In this document: positions 41,601-50,185 of the stretch, piece after piece | Layout: each line of letters opens with the position of its first letter | Numbering within the stretch: the first letter of the stretch is position 1 | Source: an uncultured bacterium | Lineage (GTDB): Bacteria; Planctomycetota; UBA1135; GCA-002686595 | NCBI GenBank assembly: GCA_943787795.1 | Contig: CALSNU010000004.1 | Span: 384,001 to 448,000 of the forward strand | DNA length: 64,000 bases | Reading direction: 5' to 3' | Program-made: the position numbers and the translations under genes | The notes under the pieces: generated by a model | Database searches by the model: none | The model's input: the letters and a program-made list of their open reading frames with translations, nothing else | What the model was told of the DNA's origin: nothing

Positions 41601-42534
41601 CAAGAAGAAGAAAAAGAAGAAGCTCAAGAACACCCTCGACCAGCTTCTCCCCGGTCGGCGCTACGTGAGTGATCTGAAGGCCTCGAGGCACGACCGCAAG
41701 ACGGTCTACGCGACCTTCGACGGGCACCGTTCCAACGACCTGGTCCCCCACGTCTTCGCCTCCAGCGACCTCGGCCGCACCTGGCGCTCGTTGCGCGCCA
41801 ACCTCCCCGACTCCGCTGGCTCGGCCCGCGCCATCCTCGAGGACGCCCGCAACGAGAACGTGCTCTACCTCGGCTGCGAGTTCGGGATCTACGTCTCCGT
41901 CGACAAGGGCGAGTCATGGACCCGCTTCAACAGCAACCTCCCCACCGTCCCGGTGCACGACCTCGCCCAGCACGAGGGCATGAACGAGCTCGTCGCAGGC
42001 ACCCACGGCCGAAGCATCTGGATCCTCGACGTCGGGGCCATCTCACAGATGACCGAGGCGATCATGGAGGCGGACGCCACCCTGCTCAAGCCCACCGATG
42101 TGCACCTGATGGCGCGCGGCAAGCGGCACGGACAGACCGGCAACCACCTGTTCACGGGGACCAACCCCGAGCAGGGCGCCACCATCAGCTACGTGCTGAA
42201 TCGGCGCGCTCGAGACCTGACGATGGAGATTCTCGACAGCGCCGGCAACGTCATCTCGACCCTGGAGGCCGACGGCTCGAAGGGCATGCACTCCGTGCGC
42301 TGGAACCTCCGCCGATCCGGGAATAACTCGGGCCGGAGTCGCCGCGGCAGCCGGCGCTCCACGCCCGGCGTCTACGTCGTCCGGATGACCGCTGGGGGCG
42401 CGGTGCAGACCCAGTCCTTCGAGGTCCACAACGACCCCAAGCAGACCTCGACGGAATGGATCGCCTTCGAGGAGGCCGAGGAGGAGCTCCAGCGCCAGTT
42501 CGACGAGAACAGCGCGGCCTCCGAGCGAGACTGA
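38692..42534 (+). CDS. Secreted VPS10/sortilin-like BNR (Asp-box) repeat protein with PDZ insertion
   Basis: WRSIGPANMGGRITD, repeated S/TxDxGxTW boxes, HVDHHAMW, GGLQDNGSW, GGGDG, RFNWNTP, GTHGRSIWILD; PDZ-like DSPASSAGMEEGDII. Confidence 0.85.
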   Translation: MILPDVALHIRSLARTHAPLLRSSAMALPASLLVAALAGAAPQEEGAAEVVPGLEAQAPTEEGPEAEEPERELPERRPTKVEGTLPLDWVDTLEWRSIGPANMGGRITDIAVNPADSSEYWISTAASGVLHTTNNGVTYEHQFTQQRTSSVGALAVAPSDPTQVWAGTGENNPRNSVSWGDGVYVSKDSGATWRYAGLGQSFQISTIIVHPEDPNVVYVGALGRLWGPNDERGLYKTTDGGFTWERVFFVDEDTGVIEVKMHPEDPDTIVIASYERRRDMFDTNDPAVKWGDGSGIHRTTDGGATWERLSEGLPTTELGRIGLSWSASQPDNIFAVVETNRITQEPENAAWFGVSFESAELGARVRSITEDSPASSAGMEEGDIILRIADTAILDQTRLRRVLRDYVAGDAAKVEAVRDGELVEMEITFDRKPEEEEERLDVHGRRRDGPFGIGLGGQRSNAQDEQGADGHQYGGIFKSEDRGTTWARINSLNPRPMYYSEIRVDPSDESFIYVAGTRLHKSSDGGVTFTNDGHGGDVHVDHHAMWVDPADGRHIILGNDGGVYVTYDRMANWNHHNRMAIGQFYNVTVGPRMNYMVYGGLQDNGSWGGPSRTNDSGATNDDWFNVGGGDGFRCIVDPGNPDLVYYESQNGGMGRRDFASGEGGYLKPRAGRGDDTQYRFNWNTPFLLSNFNSEIYYSAGNYVFKSVQKGTGQRRISPEITATDRGSAVALTESPLSQDVLYVGTDDGGLWMTEDGGTEWVDLMALNGPSELDPEPAPEPAAGPATGEEEGASGEAESSPTPRASRVSLGALAADGTLQGTWECKAEGSGIESDDDGKFTVTLAVDEAGKVTGTLDSEIGAGPIEGAVWSSESGRLTFSFEGDALTLVFDAKADLEEGTISGTIEAAGGAFSFTWTGTRGAEAEVAAPKAEAAEAEAAEAEAAEGEAALTEVLVTEEEPPAPGVEEPKTAKKKKKKKLKNTLDQLLPGRRYVSDLKASRHDRKTVYATFDGHRSNDLVPHVFASSDLGRTWRSLRANLPDSAGSARAILEDARNENVLYLGCEFGIYVSVDKGESWTRFNSNLPTVPVHDLAQHEGMNELVAGTHGRSIWILDVGAISQMTEAIMEADATLLKPTDVHLMARGKRHGQTGNHLFTGTNPEQGATISYVLNRRARDLTMEILDSAGNVISTLEADGSKGMHSVRWNLRRSGNNSGRSRRGSRRSTPGVYVVRMTAGGAVQTQSFEVHNDPKQTSTEWIAFEEAEEELQRQFDENSAASERD

Positions 42535-42580
42535 GGAGAGGCCGCCCTTGGAGGGGAGGGCTCCCGCTGCGCCCTCCCCC

Positions 42581-42650
42581 ACCGGGCCCGTCCACACCGG
42601 GTCCGTCCATACCAGGCCCGTCCACGCCAGGTCCGTCCACGCCAGGTCCG
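42581..42650. repeat. 15-bp tandem repeat (RCCRGGYCCGTCCAY) x4.7
   Basis: Lies directly after a GC hairpin (42553-42579) in the convergent gap. Confidence 0.88.
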
Positions 42651-42695
42651 CCCCAAGAGCGGGATCACTCCGCCAAGGTGGGCCCGCCTCGAGCG

Positions 42696-42740
42696 TGGGG
42701 CTCTCGGCTGGGGCTCTCAGCTGGGGCTCTCAGCTGGGGC
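42696..42740. repeat. 13-bp tandem repeat (TGGGGCTCTCRGC) x3.5
   Basis: Seen directly, in the same convergent gap. Confidence 0.88.
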
Positions 42741-42836
42741 CCAACACCAGGGCCGCCTGGCCGCCATGGGCGCGAGGACGGGCCCATGCCCCCGTCGACC
42801 TGCGCTCGCCCGTTTTCGCGGGGGCGCAAGCTGCGC

Positions 42837-43706
42837 TCAGCGGAGCGCGGCGAGGATCGAGCGCGTCGCGTGGCTCTTGTTGAGCGTGTAGAAGTGCAGA
42901 CCGGGCGCGCCGCCCTCGAGCAGGGAGCGGCACTGGGTGATGGCGTACTCGATCCCGGTGGCCATGACGGCGCCCGGGTCCTCCTTCACCGGGCGCAGGC
43001 GCCCCAGCAGCTCCTCCGGCAACGCCGCGCCGCACATCTTGGTGAAGCGCTGCACCTGGGCGACGTTGGTCACCGGCATGATGCCAGGCACGATCGGGAT
43101 CGTGATCCCAGCCCCGCGGGCGCGCTCGACGAAGGCCCAGTAGAGGTCGCAGTCAAAGAAGAGCTGGGTCGTGAGAAACGACGCGCCGAGGTCCTGCTTC
43201 ATCCGGGCGAAGCGCAGGTCGTCCTCGGCCGACGTGGCCTCGGGGTGCGCCTCCGGGTAACAGGCGGCGCCGATGCAGACGTCGTGCTTCTCGTTCAGGA
43301 AGCCGATCAGGTCCGTCGCGTTGGCGAAGCCTCCAGCGGTGGCCTCGAATTGCTCCGCCCCGTCCGGGGCGTCCCCGCGGAGGGCGAGCACATTCCTCAC
43401 CCCCGCGGCCTCGAGCCGGTCCACGACGGCGCCGATCTCCTCCGCGGTCGAGCCCACGCAGGTCAGGTGCGCCAGCCCCGTGAGGCCCAACTCATCCTGG
43501 ATACGCGTGATCACCGCGTGGGTCCGGTCACGGGTCGACCCGCCGGCCCCGTAGGTGACAGAGATGAAGTCCGGCTCCACGCTGGCCTTCAGGTCCGCCG
43601 CCGTCCGCATCAGGTTCGCCTCCCCGGCGTCGGTCTTCGGCGGGAAGAACTCGAAGCTGAACACGGGCGACCCCGATCCGTAAAAGCTGGAGATAGGGTG
43701 GACCAT
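42837..43706 (-). CDS. metF: 5,10-methylenetetrahydrofolate reductase
   Basis: FSFEFFPPKT, SVTYGAGGSTR, AHLTC, LALRGD, ACYPEAHP, TQLFFD, PGIMP, HFYTLNK. Confidence 0.97.
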   Translation of the reverse strand: MVHPISSFYGSGSPVFSFEFFPPKTDAGEANLMRTAADLKASVEPDFISVTYGAGGSTRDRTHAVITRIQDELGLTGLAHLTCVGSTAEEIGAVVDRLEAAGVRNVLALRGDAPDGAEQFEATAGGFANATDLIGFLNEKHDVCIGAACYPEAHPEATSAEDDLRFARMKQDLGASFLTTQLFFDCDLYWAFVERARGAGITIPIVPGIMPVTNVAQVQRFTKMCGAALPEELLGRLRPVKEDPGAVMATGIEYAITQCRSLLEGGAPGLHFYTLNKSHATRSILAALR

Positions 43707-43707
43707 G

Positions 43708-44136
43708 TCAGTCAGGCCTCACGCCCGGCTCGAGCAGCTCCTCGAACCGCCGCCGAAACTCGTCCGAGATCGGGATGGGCTCCATGGAGTCGGTATTGGT
43801 GCAGACGGTGATCATTCGGGCTTCGAGGTGGAGCTTGTCGGCAAGGTGGAAGCGGTAGCGCAGGCCGAGCGACGTTCGACCGAGCTTGAAGCAGGTCACG
43901 GAGACCACAGGGCGGTCTCCGAATCGCAGGGGCGTTTTGAAATCTACCTCCGAATGGACCAGGGGGAAGCCAACCCGCTGTTCCTGGAGCAGATGGTAGT
44001 AGCGACGCCCCACGTGCTCCTCCCAGAGTCCCTCGAAGACGTCGTGCACGTAGTCAAAGATGCGCGGGAAGTACGCGATGCCGGCGGGGTCCACGTGCCC
44101 GAAGCGGACCTGAATGACCGTGTTGTAGGCGCTCAC
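43708..44136 (-). CDS. Acyl-CoA thioesterase (4-hydroxybenzoyl-CoA thioesterase-like hotdog fold)
   Basis: VRFGHVDPAGIAYFPR, FKTPLRFGD, LGRTS. GTG 44136 gives a GTGA overlap; alternative ATG at 44154. Confidence 0.9.
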   Translation of the reverse strand: MSAYNTVIQVRFGHVDPAGIAYFPRIFDYVHDVFEGLWEEHVGRRYYHLLQEQRVGFPLVHSEVDFKTPLRFGDRPVVSVTCFKLGRTSLGLRYRFHLADKLHLEARMITVCTNTDSMEPIPISDEFRRRFEELLEPGVRPD

Positions 44137-44897
44137 CTTGAGATCTCCGGCCATGCCTCGAGCGCGGTCGTCGCGACGATTTGTCCCAGCTGCTCGAGCA
44201 GGGTCTCGCCCTCTTCAGCGGTGGCAGCGGCAGGGTCACCGCACCAGGCCTCGTCCGCGCCGATGGCGAGGAAGTCGGGGGCCCCGTCGAGCATCTTCTC
44301 CACGAGGCGGACCTCCTTCGGCGCGAGCCGCAGGCGCTCGTCCTCGCGGACGCTCTCGGCGTCCGCCGCGAGGACGATGCTCGACTCGTAGCGGCCGGCG
44401 TGGCAATCGCCGGACTTGAACTCATCGCCGAGCGTGCCGGCCCAGCGCCGCCGGGTGATGTCGGGGAAGAGGAGCTGGGCCTTGTCCTTGGTGACCTCCG
44501 CGTGGTCCTTGCAGACCCCGCGGAGCAACTGGACATGCTGGCGCTCGAGGTGGGAGTTGCACAGGACGACCCGCCGCACGCCGTGCTGCTCGAGACTCTC
44601 CACCACGTCCTCCACCAGGTTCCACAGGGTGGTGGGCCGGATGGTGATCGTGCCGGGGAACCCGAAGGCGAACTGGGCGAGGGTGTAGGCGATGGGCGGC
44701 ATGACCAGCGTGGTCACCCCGGCCTCATCGAGGAACCCTGCCGCCCTGCGGGCCTGAGCCACGGCAATGGTCACGTCCGTGTCCAGGGGCAGGTGCGGGC
44801 CGTGGGCCTCGGTCGCACCCACCGGGAGCAGCGCCACGGGGTCGGCGGCGAACAGCTCCTTCGCCTCGGGCCAGGTCAGCTTCGCGAAATCGTGCAT
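44133..44897 (-). CDS. Creatininase-family amidohydrolase
   Basis: LPVGATEAHGPHLPLDTD, FPGTI, NSH, HAGRYESS, GDPAAATAEEG. Confidence 0.92.
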   Translation of the reverse strand: MHDFAKLTWPEAKELFAADPVALLPVGATEAHGPHLPLDTDVTIAVAQARRAAGFLDEAGVTTLVMPPIAYTLAQFAFGFPGTITIRPTTLWNLVEDVVESLEQHGVRRVVLCNSHLERQHVQLLRGVCKDHAEVTKDKAQLLFPDITRRRWAGTLGDEFKSGDCHAGRYESSIVLAADAESVREDERLRLAPKEVRLVEKMLDGAPDFLAIGADEAWCGDPAAATAEEGETLLEQLGQIVATTALEAWPEISR

Positions 44898-46469
44898 CTA
44901 CTTGAGGAGCTTGCGGGCGATCTTGCCGCGGTCGTTGCGCGGGAGGGGCTCGGTCCGCCACTCGAAGGAGCGCGGGTACTTGTGCGGGGCCAGCATCTCT
45001 TTCACGTGGGCCTTGAGACCGGACGCGAGATCATCGGATCCTTGGTGTCCCTGGGCGCAAACCACGATGGCGTGCGCCTTGACGAGACCGTCGCCGTCGT
45101 CCCGCCCCACGACGCAGCACTCGTGGACCGAGGCGTGGTCGAGGAGCACGTTCTCGATCTCGAGGGGTGAGACCCAGATGCCGCTCACCTTGAGCAGGTC
45201 ATCCCCGCGACCCACGTACCAGAAGAGGCCCTCTGCGTCGCGGCGGAAGACGTCCGCCGAGGTGCACCAGGCGCCCTGGAAGGTCGCGTTGGACTTGTCC
45301 TTGTCCCCCCAGTAGCAGAGCGCCGTCGAGCCGCCAGCGATCCGGAGCCGGCCAGGCTCTCCGTCCTCGACGGGTCGGCCCTCGGGATCCACCACCTCGG
45401 CGACGTAGCCCGGAACGAGGCGCCCGAGCGACCCAGGCACGACCTCGCCCATGGCGCTGGAGATGTAGATGTGGAACATCTCGGCGGACCCGATCCCGTC
45501 GAGGATCTCCACGCCGGTCCGCTCCTTCCACTGCTCGTACAGGGCCGGCGGGAGCGCCTCCCCCGCAGACAGAGAGACCCGCAAGGAGGAGAGGTCTGCG
45601 CTGCCGCAGCGCTCGCTGCGCAGCACGTTGTTGAACAGCGTCGGGACGCCGGTGAGGAAGGTCGGGCGGTGGGCCGCCACCTGGTCCAGGATCTCGTCGG
45701 CCGTGGCGCGTCCCTCGAAGAGCACCACCGTGGCGCCCACCCGAAAGGGGAACATGAGGTTGGTGCCGGTCGCGTACCCGAAGAAGAGCTTCGGCACGGA
45801 GAGGCACACGTCGTCCTCGCGATAGCCCGCCACCTGGAGGGCATAGGTCTCCGTGGAGTAGGCGAAGTCCCGGCCGGCGTGGACGCAGGCCTTGGGTTCA
45901 CCCGTCGAGCCCGAGGTGAAGAGCCAGCCCGCGATTCCGTCGGGGCCCACGGGTTCAGCGGCGGCCGCGTCACTGGCCGGGTCGGCGCCACGTCGAGCCT
46001 CCTCGTACGGCATGAAGCCGCCCGCGTCCTCCCCCACCACGAAGGCGGCCCGGCAGGCGGGCGCGGACCGCAGCGCCTCGCCGATCTCCGGCAGCACGCT
46101 CTCGTGGGTGAACACGGCCGCCGCGCGGGAGTACTCGAGGTAGTAGGCGTAGTCCTTCGCCTTGAGCAGGGGGTTGACCATGGCGAAGACCGCCCCGACT
46201 CGCAGGGTGGCGAACCACGCCTCGACGAACTCGAAGCCGTCGGGGAGCACGATCAAGACTCGCTCTTCGGGGCGGACACCCGCGCCGCGCAGGGCCGCGG
46301 CCATCCTCAGCACACCGTCATGGATCTCGCCGTAGGTGCGGCCTTGCTCCCCGACCTTGACCGCCACCTTGTCCCGCCGGCCAGCGTCCAGGTTCTGATC
46401 GAGGAAGTACTCGCTCAGGTTGAAGCTCGCGGGGAGCTCCATCGGGAACGTCACGTCGGGCGCAACCAT
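44898..46469 (-). CDS. Benzoate/aminobenzoate-CoA ligase family protein
   Basis: WLFTSGSTGEPK, SVPKLFFGY, SAGEALP, ILDGIGSAEMFHIYIS, GRGDDLLKVSGIWVSP, LAPHKYPR. Confidence 0.92.
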   Translation of the reverse strand: MVAPDVTFPMELPASFNLSEYFLDQNLDAGRRDKVAVKVGEQGRTYGEIHDGVLRMAAALRGAGVRPEERVLIVLPDGFEFVEAWFATLRVGAVFAMVNPLLKAKDYAYYLEYSRAAAVFTHESVLPEIGEALRSAPACRAAFVVGEDAGGFMPYEEARRGADPASDAAAAEPVGPDGIAGWLFTSGSTGEPKACVHAGRDFAYSTETYALQVAGYREDDVCLSVPKLFFGYATGTNLMFPFRVGATVVLFEGRATADEILDQVAAHRPTFLTGVPTLFNNVLRSERCGSADLSSLRVSLSAGEALPPALYEQWKERTGVEILDGIGSAEMFHIYISSAMGEVVPGSLGRLVPGYVAEVVDPEGRPVEDGEPGRLRIAGGSTALCYWGDKDKSNATFQGAWCTSADVFRRDAEGLFWYVGRGDDLLKVSGIWVSPLEIENVLLDHASVHECCVVGRDDGDGLVKAHAIVVCAQGHQGSDDLASGLKAHVKEMLAPHKYPRSFEWRTEPLPRNDRGKIARKLLK

Positions 46470-47326
46470 CAGTGGAGCGGCGCGGCGAGCGCGCGGCGGA
46501 AGGCCTCTGCGGAGCGGTGCCGATCCTTCGGACTCCCCTTCAAGCCGCCGGCGATGGCGGCCTCCAAGGCGGGGTCCACCTCCACGCCAGGCGCGGCGGT
46601 GGACATCGCCGGCGCGCTGGGCTGCATCTTCGACTGGAAGACCTCGATGAAGCTGCGCCCCTGCCAGGGCATCACGCCGCTGACGAGCTCGTACATCACC
46701 GTCGCGAGGTTGTAGAGGTCGGAGCTCTCGTCCGGCGCGTCCCCACCGAATTGCTCCAGCGGTGCGTAGTACGGGGTGCCGATAAGAGCGGTGCGGGTCC
46801 CCAGGTGCTTGGCGGCCCACAGCCCAGGGGTCACGCCTCCGTCCACCAGGACCGGACCGTGGTCCCCGACGAAGACCGTCGACGGCTTGATATCACCGTG
46901 GATGAGTCCCTTGGCGTGGGCATTCTCAAGGCCCGCCAGCAGCGCCAGCCCGAGGTCCACGACCTCGGTGGGGTCCCAGGAGCCGCGCTCCGCGACCAGG
47001 TCCCGCAGGGCCGTCCCCTCAGGAAACTCGAAGACCGCGATCACGGCGCCATCTCCCAGCACCTGAAGCTCCTGAACCCGCGTGAAGGTCGCGTCGTCCA
47101 ACGCCGACCAGCTCCCCAGGGTCTCGGCGAAGGCCTCCGCCTGGGCCTTGTTCTCGAACAGGGAGGACGGGAAGGCCTGCAGCTCCCGGAGCTCCCCGTT
47201 GGCTTGATCGGTCACCCGAAAGGCAGCGGACATGCCGTTCTCCCGGTGCGGAGCGTCGATCAGGTAGCGGTCCAGGAGGACCTTGCCAGGAGCAAGATCG
47301 AAGAGGCTGAGGTGGGTCTGTGCCAT
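46469..47326 (-). CDS. Stand-alone Hanks-type protein-kinase-fold protein (probable pseudokinase)
   Basis: LLDRY, HAKGLIHGDIKP, IGTPYY, SDLYNLATVMYELVSGVMPW, PKDR. TGATG overlap with the ligase start. Confidence 0.85.
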   Translation of the reverse strand: MAQTHLSLFDLAPGKVLLDRYLIDAPHRENGMSAAFRVTDQANGELRELQAFPSSLFENKAQAEAFAETLGSWSALDDATFTRVQELQVLGDGAVIAVFEFPEGTALRDLVAERGSWDPTEVVDLGLALLAGLENAHAKGLIHGDIKPSTVFVGDHGPVLVDGGVTPGLWAAKHLGTRTALIGTPYYAPLEQFGGDAPDESSDLYNLATVMYELVSGVMPWQGRSFIEVFQSKMQPSAPAMSTAAPGVEVDPALEAAIAGGLKGSPKDRHRSAEAFRRALAAPLH

Positions 47327-47572
47327 GGCGAGTCGCGGACGAGTGCGAGCGAGGGCCCACAGTATGCAAACGCTGAGGGGCCGGTCGGCTCAATACCCGG
47401 CCCCCGGGTCGAGGAACCGCGCCCTCTGGGCGGGCTGGCCGGTCTCGCGTCTTGCGCTGCGACCAGGGGATCGGGGCCTCTCGGGCCCGGCCGATGGGCC
47501 AGCTGTAGCCCGAGCAACGACTCACCGCGCGCAGGCGCCGCTGGGCAGGGGTCAAGGGCCGGGGGTCAAGGG

Positions 47573-48007
47573 TCAGGCGTCCTGAACGTCGGCTGCTGGA
47601 TCGGACGCCTCCCTGGGCGCCGCGCGGGCCCCGTCCTCGCGACGCTGAATCGGAGGCAGCGGACGCTCCTCCTTCGAGACGAAGATCAGCTGATCCTCGC
47701 CAAGCTCCAACTCGGAGAGGACCTCCCCACCGAGGACATGGCCGTCGATGAGCTCGTCCACGTGCCCACCTTGGACGTTGCCATACCAGACCTCCTCAGG
47801 CTGACAGGCAACCACCGGCCCGTGAGCGCACTGTCCGAGGCAGCGCGTCCCCACGGCGCGCACGACCCCCTTCAAGCCGCGGTCGTGGAGCCCCGCACGG
47901 AGTCGGTCGAGGACCTCATCTCCGCCTGCCCGCGCGCAGGAGCCACGGGGGTGCTCTTCACCTCGGTCGTTGAGGCAAACGAACAGCATGCGTTGATACC
48001 CCGGCAT
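47573..48007 (-). CDS. Thioredoxin-like [2Fe-2S] ferredoxin
   Basis: FVC-x12-C ... RCLGQCAHGP..QPEEVWYG..LIDGH. TGATG overlap with the acyl-CoA dehydrogenase stop. Confidence 0.88.
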   Translation of the reverse strand: MPGYQRMLFVCLNDRGEEHPRGSCARAGGDEVLDRLRAGLHDRGLKGVVRAVGTRCLGQCAHGPVVACQPEEVWYGNVQGGHVDELIDGHVLGGEVLSELELGEDQLIFVSKEERPLPPIQRREDGARAAPREASDPAADVQDA

Positions 48008-49242
48008 CAGCCCCTCGCTCCATGCTCAGGGGACGGGGTGTGCCGCAGGACGTGCTTAGCGAGCACGAGCTTCTGGACCTCGCTCGTTCCCTCGTAGATC
48101 CGCAGGGCGCGGGTGTCCCGATAGAGGCGCTCCACCACCGAGCCCACCCGGACGCCGGCGCCGCCGTGATGCTGGACGGCGCGATCGCAGACCCAGGAGG
48201 CATTCTCGGTGGAGAAGAGCTTGGCCCGAGCCACCTCTGCGGTCGCGTCCTCCCCCGCGTCCACCGCCGCGGCAGCTTCGTCCGTCAGCAGCTCCGCGGC
48301 GCGCAGGCGCGTGTCCATCTCCGCGAGGTCAAAGCGCAGCCCCTGGAAGCTCGACAGCGGCCGGCCGAACTGCTCGCGATGGGAGAGGTGGGCCACGGAC
48401 TCCGCGAGGGCGCGGCGGGCGAAGCCGTTGGCCGCCGCCGCCACGGTGATCCGAAAGCGCGCCAGGTTCGCCAGCGCCAGATCCATCCCCGCTCCGATCT
48501 CTCCCAGGGCGTGAGCCGCCGGGACCCGGACGCCGTCCAGGAACAGCTCCCCGATGGGGTGCGGTGCCATGACCTGAAAGCCGCGGGTGGAGAGCCCCTG
48601 GGCTCCGTGCTCGACGAAGAACATGGTCAGCCCGTCGCGCTCGCCGGGCTCACCGCTCGTGCGCGCGAGCACCGTGTAGAAGTCGGCCACGCCGATGTTG
48701 GTGATGTAGGTCTTGGCGCCGGTCAGGACAAAGTCGTCCCCGTCCCGCTCCGCTCGCGTCGCCACCCCCGACAGGTCCGACCCCGCGCCGGCCTCGGTCA
48801 GGGCGAGGGCCGGGATGTGCTCCCCACGGGCCACCCCAGCCAGGCGCTCGAGCAGGCCCGCGTCGGTCGAGCCCAGCGCGATCGGGAACGAACCCAGGCC
48901 CTGCTCCACGAAGGCGAGGTCCGCCATGGCGTGCCGGTACGCGAGGGCCTGACGGCACACGGCCATCGCCCGCACGGAGACCGTGGACGGCGGAGCGAGC
49001 CCACCGACGTCGGCGCCGCCCGCATGGGACGGGACGACGAGCCGCAAGAGGCCGGCCTCCTGGAGCCTGCGGTGGCCGACGAGGTAGGCCTCAATCTCAC
49101 CGAGCTCCGGTGACGCCGCGGCCAGCTCAGCCTCCACGGCCCTCCCGACCTCGTCAGCCTGGGCCCGGAGCGCCTCCAGCTCGCCGGCCTGCGCCGCCGC
49201 GTCGAGGCCGTGGCCGCCGCTGCTTGGGGATTGTTGGCTCAT
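48007..49242 (-). CDS. Acyl-CoA dehydrogenase
   Basis: ALTEAGAGSD, LTGAKTYITN, REQFGRPL, QHHGGAG, ERLYRDTRALRIYEGTSEVQK. Confidence 0.95.
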   Translation of the reverse strand: MSQQSPSSGGHGLDAAAQAGELEALRAQADEVGRAVEAELAAASPELGEIEAYLVGHRRLQEAGLLRLVVPSHAGGADVGGLAPPSTVSVRAMAVCRQALAYRHAMADLAFVEQGLGSFPIALGSTDAGLLERLAGVARGEHIPALALTEAGAGSDLSGVATRAERDGDDFVLTGAKTYITNIGVADFYTVLARTSGEPGERDGLTMFFVEHGAQGLSTRGFQVMAPHPIGELFLDGVRVPAAHALGEIGAGMDLALANLARFRITVAAAANGFARRALAESVAHLSHREQFGRPLSSFQGLRFDLAEMDTRLRAAELLTDEAAAAVDAGEDATAEVARAKLFSTENASWVCDRAVQHHGGAGVRVGSVVERLYRDTRALRIYEGTSEVQKLVLAKHVLRHTPSPEHGARG

Positions 49243-49338
49243 GGGAAGGAGAATAGGACGCGGCCGGAGCCCGCGGGAGTCGCCGGGCGGGGTTTCGCAG
49301 CCCCGGGAACCTCCTCACCCCGCCAGCGGGCTCCCCCC

Positions 49339-49386
49339 GCCACCAGGTCGTTCCGCCACCAGGTCGTTCCTCCACCAGGTCGCTCC
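49339..49386. repeat. 16-bp tandem repeat (GCCACCAGGTCGTTCC) x3
   Basis: In the divergent gap. The non-triplet unit argues that the next CDS starts downstream of it. Confidence 0.88.
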
Positions 49387-49432
49387 TCCCAGCGCCGCGC
49401 TCCCCGAGAGCTCGGCTACCATGCGCCGCACC

Positions 49433-50119
49433 ATGACGGAGCGCCGCCCCCCCACCGAGGCCCTGATCGTCTTCGCCAAGGCCCCGATTCCCGGCCAGGT
49501 CAAGACCCGACTGGGGCGGGCGCTCGGCGATGAACCGGCCGCGCGGCTCGCGGAGGCTTTCCTCCTCGACGTCCTCGAGAACGCGCGCTCCATGCGGGGC
49601 CGGCGCGTGGTCGTGGCCTTCTCTCCCCTGGAGAGCCAGCCCTGGTTCCAGACCCACGGTGGACCCTGCCACCTGTTCCCGCAGCCGCCGACCAGCTTCG
49701 GCGAGCGGGTCCTGGCTGCCCTCGATGAGGCCCGCCGCCAGGGCGCCGAGCGGACGGTCATCGTGGGGATGGACTCTCCGCACCTGGGACCGGAGCGCTG
49801 GGAGGCGGCCTTCGCCGCCCTCGACGACCACGACGCCTGTATCGGCCCCTGTGAGGACGGTGGCTACTACCTCCTCGGTCTCAGCGCGCCGCAGCCGGGG
49901 ATGTTCGAGGACATCCCCTGGGGCGGCCCCAACGTGCTCGAGGCGACTCGCTCCCGCGCCGCAGCCCTGGGGCTGTCCCTCGCGGAGCTCGAGGAGGACT
50001 TCGACGTGGACGAGGTCGAAGACCTCGGGCAGCTCGCCGCACGGCTGGAGCTCCGGCCCGCGATCTGCCCCCGGACCCGCGCCGCCCTCGAGGCCCTCGG
50101 CGCCTCGGGCGTCGAGTGA
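49433..50119 (+). CDS. TIGR04282/DUF2064-family glycosyltransferase-like protein
   Basis: LIVFAKAPIPGQVKTRL, FGERV, IVGMDSPHL, IGPCEDGGYYLLG, FEDIPWG, DVDEVEDL. Alternative ATG at 49421. Confidence 0.9.
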   Translation: MTERRPPTEALIVFAKAPIPGQVKTRLGRALGDEPAARLAEAFLLDVLENARSMRGRRVVVAFSPLESQPWFQTHGGPCHLFPQPPTSFGERVLAALDEARRQGAERTVIVGMDSPHLGPERWEAAFAALDDHDACIGPCEDGGYYLLGLSAPQPGMFEDIPWGGPNVLEATRSRAAALGLSLAELEEDFDVDEVEDLGQLAARLELRPAICPRTRAALEALGASGVE

Positions 50120-50125
50120 CGCTGA

Positions 50126-50167
50126 GTGCCGCCGCCGGGGTGCCGCCGCGTGGGTGCCGCCGCGGTC
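50126..50167. repeat. 14-bp tandem repeat (GTGCCGCCGC core) x3
   Basis: In the convergent gap before the enoyl-CoA hydratase stop. Confidence 0.75.
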
Positions 50168-50185
50168 CGTCCAGACGGCGACCCG

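Noticed and set aside
43700..43720. SAM riboswitch upstream of metF
   Set aside because: Only 1 bp separates metF from the upstream gene.
44133..44897. Mycofactocin (MftE) or other RiPP peptidase
   Set aside because: No precursor peptide, radical SAM or PqqD-like gene nearby; the context is acyl-CoA metabolism.
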